NCBI GenBank assembly: GCA_964035545.1
Contig: OZ037770.1
Location: forward strand, 10,174,973 to 10,238,972
Length of the DNA: 64,000 nt
Direction of reading: 5' to 3'
DNA from: Bugula neritina
Lineage: Eukaryota > Animalia > Bryozoa
Part shown: positions 51,317 through 64,000 of the stretch, in pieces
How the letters are laid out: every line of letters starts with the position of its first letter
Numbering within the stretch: the first letter of the stretch is position 1
Made by a program: the position numbers and the translations under genes
Notes under the pieces: generated by a model
What the model was told of the DNA's origin: nothing
Seen by the model: only the letters and a program-made list of their open reading frames with translations
The model's database searches: none

Positions 51317-53368
51317 ATATAGGCTTACTCAACACTAAATAAATTGGTAAATTGGTAGCTAAGAGCCTAAGACTATAATATGCTTGCTATATACAGTAAA
51401 AAAATATTAAAATTTATTTGCAGTAAAGATGAATTTTGTGTCCAGAAATATTGTATAGTAGCTTGAAACTGAGATTTAAACACCAACACTGCATGAAAGA
51501 GAGTAAGTAAGAATGCAGAAGAAAATTAACATGATTTTAACTCCATTTAAGAACTTTTGAATGATACTTTGTTTACTAGAAGAATCCTCAATTTACTGAG
51601 CCGATCAGCCAAAATAGAACCATTTACAAACTTAAATCAGATATATTTTATAAAATACACTCAGTTTTGCAATATAATACGCAACTGAAAGATTTCTGCC
51701 ACTCAGCACTTTCTATCACTAAAAAGTTTGAAATGATTGTCTAAACTCTAGATCATGCAGTTTGTGCAGTAATACAAGATGTTCCATTTTTACTAACACT
51801 CAATTTGATCTAATTCAGGATTACGGGTAGTAGATAGTAAACATAATAGTATGCTGATATCAAAAGCTTAAAAGGTCCAACCAACTATTTTATAGAGGTG
51901 GTGTTAACGATCCAAAGCACTAAACTAACTGCTTATTTTAAATTACAAATACTGAAAAATGGAAATATAAAGATTTTGCAAATATTCTACTTTCTATCTT
52001 ATTTAGCAGCTACAGCCAAATTAGAATAATATGATATAAATTACATATTTTAAAAGCAAGTATGAAAAGGTAACGCACCTGACTGTTGTTGATCTACCAT
52101 AGTAAATTCAAGTCTGACTCAATAATCCTGACTTCTGCCAAGTGTAAAACTACAGTTATGAAATCAGCGGCAATAATTCCTAGCGTCAGGTGGACTATGT
52201 ATTGTAGTACAAAGTAGAAACACTCAATGTTCATATCACACCTACTGCTTGACTCCAGTTGATGAGGGAGTCAGCAGGGTGGGATTTAAATTTTACTAAA
52301 GGGGTTGAATTGAAGCTGAAACTTTTAAAGTTTTTCAGATCAATGTCCTAATACTTTGTAGTGGATTTTTGGAGGTTTTCTATCTTGCATTTTTTAATGT
52401 AACATTTGAACAGCGTTCAATAATTAAAGGTTTTCTTCATAAATTGTCTAAATATATAGGTATAAAATTACAATTTCTCTAACTACCCCTAGCTACCTAC
52501 ACCCTTGGCAGGTAAACAAGGCTGGGGCCAGTCACAACAATTTCTCAAAAGCTATAATAACAATGAAAATTTTCTAAGGTTGCAATCTAAACTAGGAATA
52601 AAAGAGAAAACTCACTGCAAACACTAGAATGCATTGAGCTCTATTGAAGTAATACGAGACAATCGGTGAATGCATTGTATAAAGTACTGTTATATTGAAT
52701 ATGAATATACATTTCGACAAAAACTCAAATACATTACAAACAAAACATTGAACTGTTTTTGATACTCAATGTTGTTTCACATTTGTCTCAAAAACAACTA
52801 ATACTGTGAAGTATGACCTTTCTTGAGATCATAATAGCTAACAATTGACAAGTCAAAGTAATGCCTTAAAACCAGAAACAAAAAAAACTTTTTTGTTGCA
52901 ATGATTTTTGTTAATTGTGTGTTATTTATGAAAATATTCTTGGAGTTTGTCATAATGATTATGAATTTGATGAAGCCAATCACACTAGAAACCAAGAAAG
53001 TTGTAAAATTCAGTTGTAATGTAACTAACCTCTCATTTCCATGTTATAAATCACTACTAAAACATAATATAAAAAGCATCGCAAACAATATAAGTCTTAA
53101 TTGCAAGGTAGAACTATGCTATATTTTTTTCTATTTTTCTTAAACTTTTAGATATTTTGAGTGATTGTATAGCAGAAGGCATATTTTTATAGGTTTGTAA
53201 GAGTTTAGAAAGTAAAATTTTGAAACGAAATCGTTTTCTTTTAAGTTCTCATGCTAAGGCTACTGATTGCTGCCCATGATAAAAAAGTTATTAGCAATAT
53301 AAAAAATGTCAGCAATATGTGTGCTAAAAATAACGTTAAGGAAATTATGAAAACCAACTTGTGATAGT

Positions 53369-53370
<2 letters not shown>

Positions 53371-53447
<77 letters not shown>
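53371..53447. repeat. (TA)n microsatellite
   Basis: Direct. Confidence 0.97.
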
Positions 53448-53451
<4 letters not shown>

Positions 53452-54623
53452 GCATGTTATAGATACAGTAAAATTACAATATATTACAGAGCATGATTGG
53501 TTGAGGATAATCTATGTAATATATTTAAATATTTTAGGCATTTACTTTATAGAAAACGTGCGAGATGGTTAAATTAAAGAGCAGCGCATTGTATGATTTT
53601 ATATTTTACTTTTTTTCCTGTTTTTGACATATCTAATAACTTTTAACAAATAGATAATTAGGGTTTAAAAATTAATCAGCCCGTTTTTAATGACCAAAAA
53701 TGGAAAGATAACTCTTTCATGTAGTATCTTCATGTGATTAATAGTTGATAAATTGTATTTTACAAGAAAAAATGTAAACTTTTACTGCAACTTCGTATAC
53801 TGAATAGTGACAGAAGTACATCGCTTTTCACAAATGGAGGCTAGGTGAGGAAGGTTGATGTAAGACACCCCTAGACCTACAAGCCTTCATTAATTTGCAC
53901 TAATATAGTTGGTATAACTATATATTCATACAAATACACATTCTCTACAGAAATTGATACATTTCACCCAAAATAACATTTTAGGAGCTTCGAACTAATT
54001 ATAAAATAAAGCAGTGACTCAATAATTAAGGTCTGAAGATTTTATTCTTAAAAAATATTTACATATAAAACATTTATGATTTGGAAAGTTTCACTATAAA
54101 TAACAAATGATAAAACTTCATAGTAAATATCATAGTTACAAACTAAGTTAAAACAACACAATTAGGCTACACAATGAAATCGACATAAAAACAGACAAAT
54201 TTGAAAAATTCTAAAATATTACTTAACAAATATAAAAAAATTAGCTTTGTATAACTTCAAAAAAAAGATAAACACAATTGGGATCACCACACTATTCACA
54301 GACAGATGTTAGACCTAAAGTAAGTTTTGCTTACGCGAAGCAAGATATTTTTCCTAATGATTACTTTAATAAAAAATGATAACAATTTTCTGATATTTAG
54401 AAAAATCTTGAACCAAATACTGGCATCAAATAAAAATGAAAAACCATGACTCCATTTTCTACAGGAAGATTATTTAACAAAAAATCCCACAACTAATGTT
54501 TTCAACATCAAACTGTGTTGTGGATCCTACGATCATTTCTGACAAAGGCTTTGGCATTTTTTGTAAGAGATGAGTGTGTAAGAGTAAAGATGGAGGAATC
54601 AATTGTGTGGCTGTCTCATGAAA

Positions 54624-61181
<6,558 letters not shown>

Positions 61182-61753
61182 TTTATAAATATTGGTTTCA
61201 ATTTAGAACAAAAAGGTTAGCTTGAGCAGATTTAGCTGGGTTAACAACTACTAAACGGCTGTGTTATTTGAACGCTGTGATTAGTTTGAATGAATATCAC
61301 TGAGAAGAAAATTTTCATTCGGTTCTCATGTAACCTTTAGCAGCATACTTTGAAAATATATTTGCTTTACCGAGAGCTATAAATATAGCCCGTAAACGTT
61401 TTAGAATATTTTAGTCTACATGACTCGAGGTGAACCGATGGAGTCTGCATATATGTAACCCCGCCCATCGCCTGATACAACAGTGCATCGACAACTGTGC
61501 GGCATGCATCAACTGCGTGCGTCAACTAAAAAATAAAGCCATGCAGTGTGCACATAATATTATCCATAACATTAAGTTTTGTGTCCTTTGTGTGATATAA
61601 TGTCAGGCCTCACAATATAAAAACACAACCATTAACAATGTGCTACCAGCAGAATCATAATATTATGAATGCCAACTTTGCAAAAAACTTGACTAAACTA
61701 ATCTCTATTGAAGCATCATAACAAGCCAAGCAATAGCAAAATTGTCTTTAAGC

Positions 61754-62147
<394 letters not shown>

Positions 62148-62956
62148 ATTCAAAGTATATAATATAATGATGCTTTTTTTAAGATTTCGTATAAGTAATT
62201 ATTTCATGCAGGTACCATATGCAGTAAATATGTTTCTTCTTTCAAGTTGTGTCATTCACAATATGCACATGTTTGCAAGAAAGATTAGGTATAGTTGAGC
62301 ATAATAATAATTATTTATTGTGAACAAACTCATGAAAAAGTGATAGTGGTAAAATTTGTTTAATAAAAATATTAGTTTTAGAAACCTGGTTAAAATATTA
62401 TTAAACAAACAGATTATTTTGAATATCACTAGATTTCCTAAGTTGTTGGTAAGATGTGTAATCAGGTTAACCAGCTGGAACACAGACAAGTGAATAAATA
62501 TCAACTCTTGATTGGTTAATTCAAGCGAACAAAAACAATTTGTGGCAGATCTGAGCAGATGAGATGATAAATCAACTACACGACTAAGAAATATTATAGT
62601 ATGTAGTAAATGGAATGCATTTGGAATGTTTATGGCCAACTAACATAAATATGGCCGAGATTTTTAAAATTTGCATAAAATAAGCAACAAATAGAACATA
62701 ATACTATGCCTTGTACAGCCAATGGAATGCATGAGCTGCTAGAAAATAAAGTACAGTAATTGAAAAGGAACTACAGTACCTGCATAATTAGAAAAAATCA
62801 AAAACCTATCAACTATATAAAAACAATATTTACAGTTGAGATATTACAGGCTGACAAAAATATCGAATTGGGTTGCTCATGTTATACTTTATAAAATGGA
62901 AGATGATTAATGAAATTATTTTAATGCTATTATATAATATAGTGGATCAGAAATCA

Positions 62957-63966
62957 CTATAACTTTTTCCCAAAATATTTGGGCCAGCCAAAGTTTTTTC
63001 CAATGAGCTCTTCAAGTTTCTTATTATAAGGTTGAAAGTGATTCTGGAGAGAGGACAACAGCTGGGGAGACAACTCCGGATGCGCCCTACCTTTGGTAGA
63101 CTTGTCCATGCACCATTTGGAGTTGTCTGATGACCGAAAGCAATAGTACCCTCTTCCTTTATCATAATACACATTTCTGTCGGTTACACTACCAGGCTTG
63201 CCTAGAAAGTCTGTCACTTTGTTGATTTCTACTAAGGGTTGGGTGATGAGGTCCTCCCCGCTGATAAATATCATCTGCTCTAGTGGAAAGAACTCAAGCC
63301 ACTGCGACACAAAGACTGAGTACTTCCCGCTTTCAAGAAATGGCTGAGAGGGTCGCGGGTGCACATTCTCTATCAGCTTCCCGTCCTTAAGTTGAATTAT
63401 ATCAGAGAACGGTGGCAATGGGTCTGAGCCATCTGGTAGTTTGTATGAGTTTATATGAGAGTACAGAGAGACTAATCTCTTCACTGGGTCACACAGTACC
63501 ATGATTATCTTCATGTCTAGAGTAATTCAATAAAAACATCATTTAGAATTGAGTTGAAAAAACTAACAATATAATTAATTGCACTTGTCAATGGTAGTTG
63601 TAGTGACTAACTATAAAAGAGTAGCATAAACAAACTACATGTTTAAACTTGGATAGTTCAATTCCACCAATAGGATTTCTTAATACTAATTTCGCTTATA
63701 GTGAATCAATCATCCTTCAGGATCCCATATATCCTGTTGATGTATTTAGCTTATACCACTTTTCAGACATATTTTTCTTTCAAAATTTCAATGCAGTGTT
63801 ATTTATTTTATAGAATCACTTCTTCTATGTATTCCACACGAGTTTGAAAACTATACCTTGCTTTGTTTGATGCACTCTAGCAGGTACTTGTGGGTTCCAC
63901 ATGTATGGAGCACATTTCTCTATCAACACCTGACTAGTGCTGACAGGTGGCATCTGATCAATGTAC
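62957..63966 (-). CDS. Heparan sulfate glucosamine 3-O-sulfotransferase-like, last two exons (5' part outside window)
   Basis: Exons 63857-63966 and 62957-63516: YIDQMP...LIEKCAPY...VPARV...KIIMVLCDPVKRLVSLY...WLEFFPLEQMIFISGEDLI...RGYYCFR...WCMDKSTKGRAHP...FQPYNKKL, matching the HS3ST/NDST-type sulfotransferase C-terminal half. Confidence 0.88.
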
Positions 63967-64000
63967 CTGCATACAATAATATAAACTTTTCATACATCTG

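Noticed and set aside
62256-62639. 127-aa ORF downstream of the sulfotransferase
   Set aside because: AT-rich composition-driven ORF with no splice or homology support; likely 3' UTR or intergenic.

Overview
AT-rich, intron-rich animal genomic DNA, invertebrate and probably lophotrochozoan; the species cannot be called from sequence. Manual splicing (GT-AG sites, phase-consistent) gives five protein-coding genes. (1) BABAM1/MERIT40, minus, 8 exons, 363 aa. (2) A divergently oriented, unrecognised ~305-aa protein on plus, built of ~35-40-aa tandem repeats (G-T-M...S-A-R-P-x-x-R) with roughly one repeat per phase-1 exon; its fourth intron holds four identical tRNA-Gly(TCC) genes. (3) ANKRD6/Diversin/Diego-like, minus, 16 exons, ~1220 aa, C-terminal -SDV, with a possible distant alternative first exon. 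(4) Cytosolic thiolase ACAT2, minus, 9 exons, 395 aa. (5) The 3' part of a divergent heparan sulfate 3-O-sulfotransferase-like gene, minus, running off the right edge. Introns and intergenic DNA contain Harbinger-, hAT- and Tc1/mariner-type MITEs, two tRNA-headed SINE-like families, a 5'-truncated RTE LINE tail with TSD, minisatellites, microsatellites and several long palindromes. The best candidate for something undescribed is the repeat-protein gene with its nested tRNA-Gly array (9.9-19 kb). All gene models are hand-built and unverified by transcript data.
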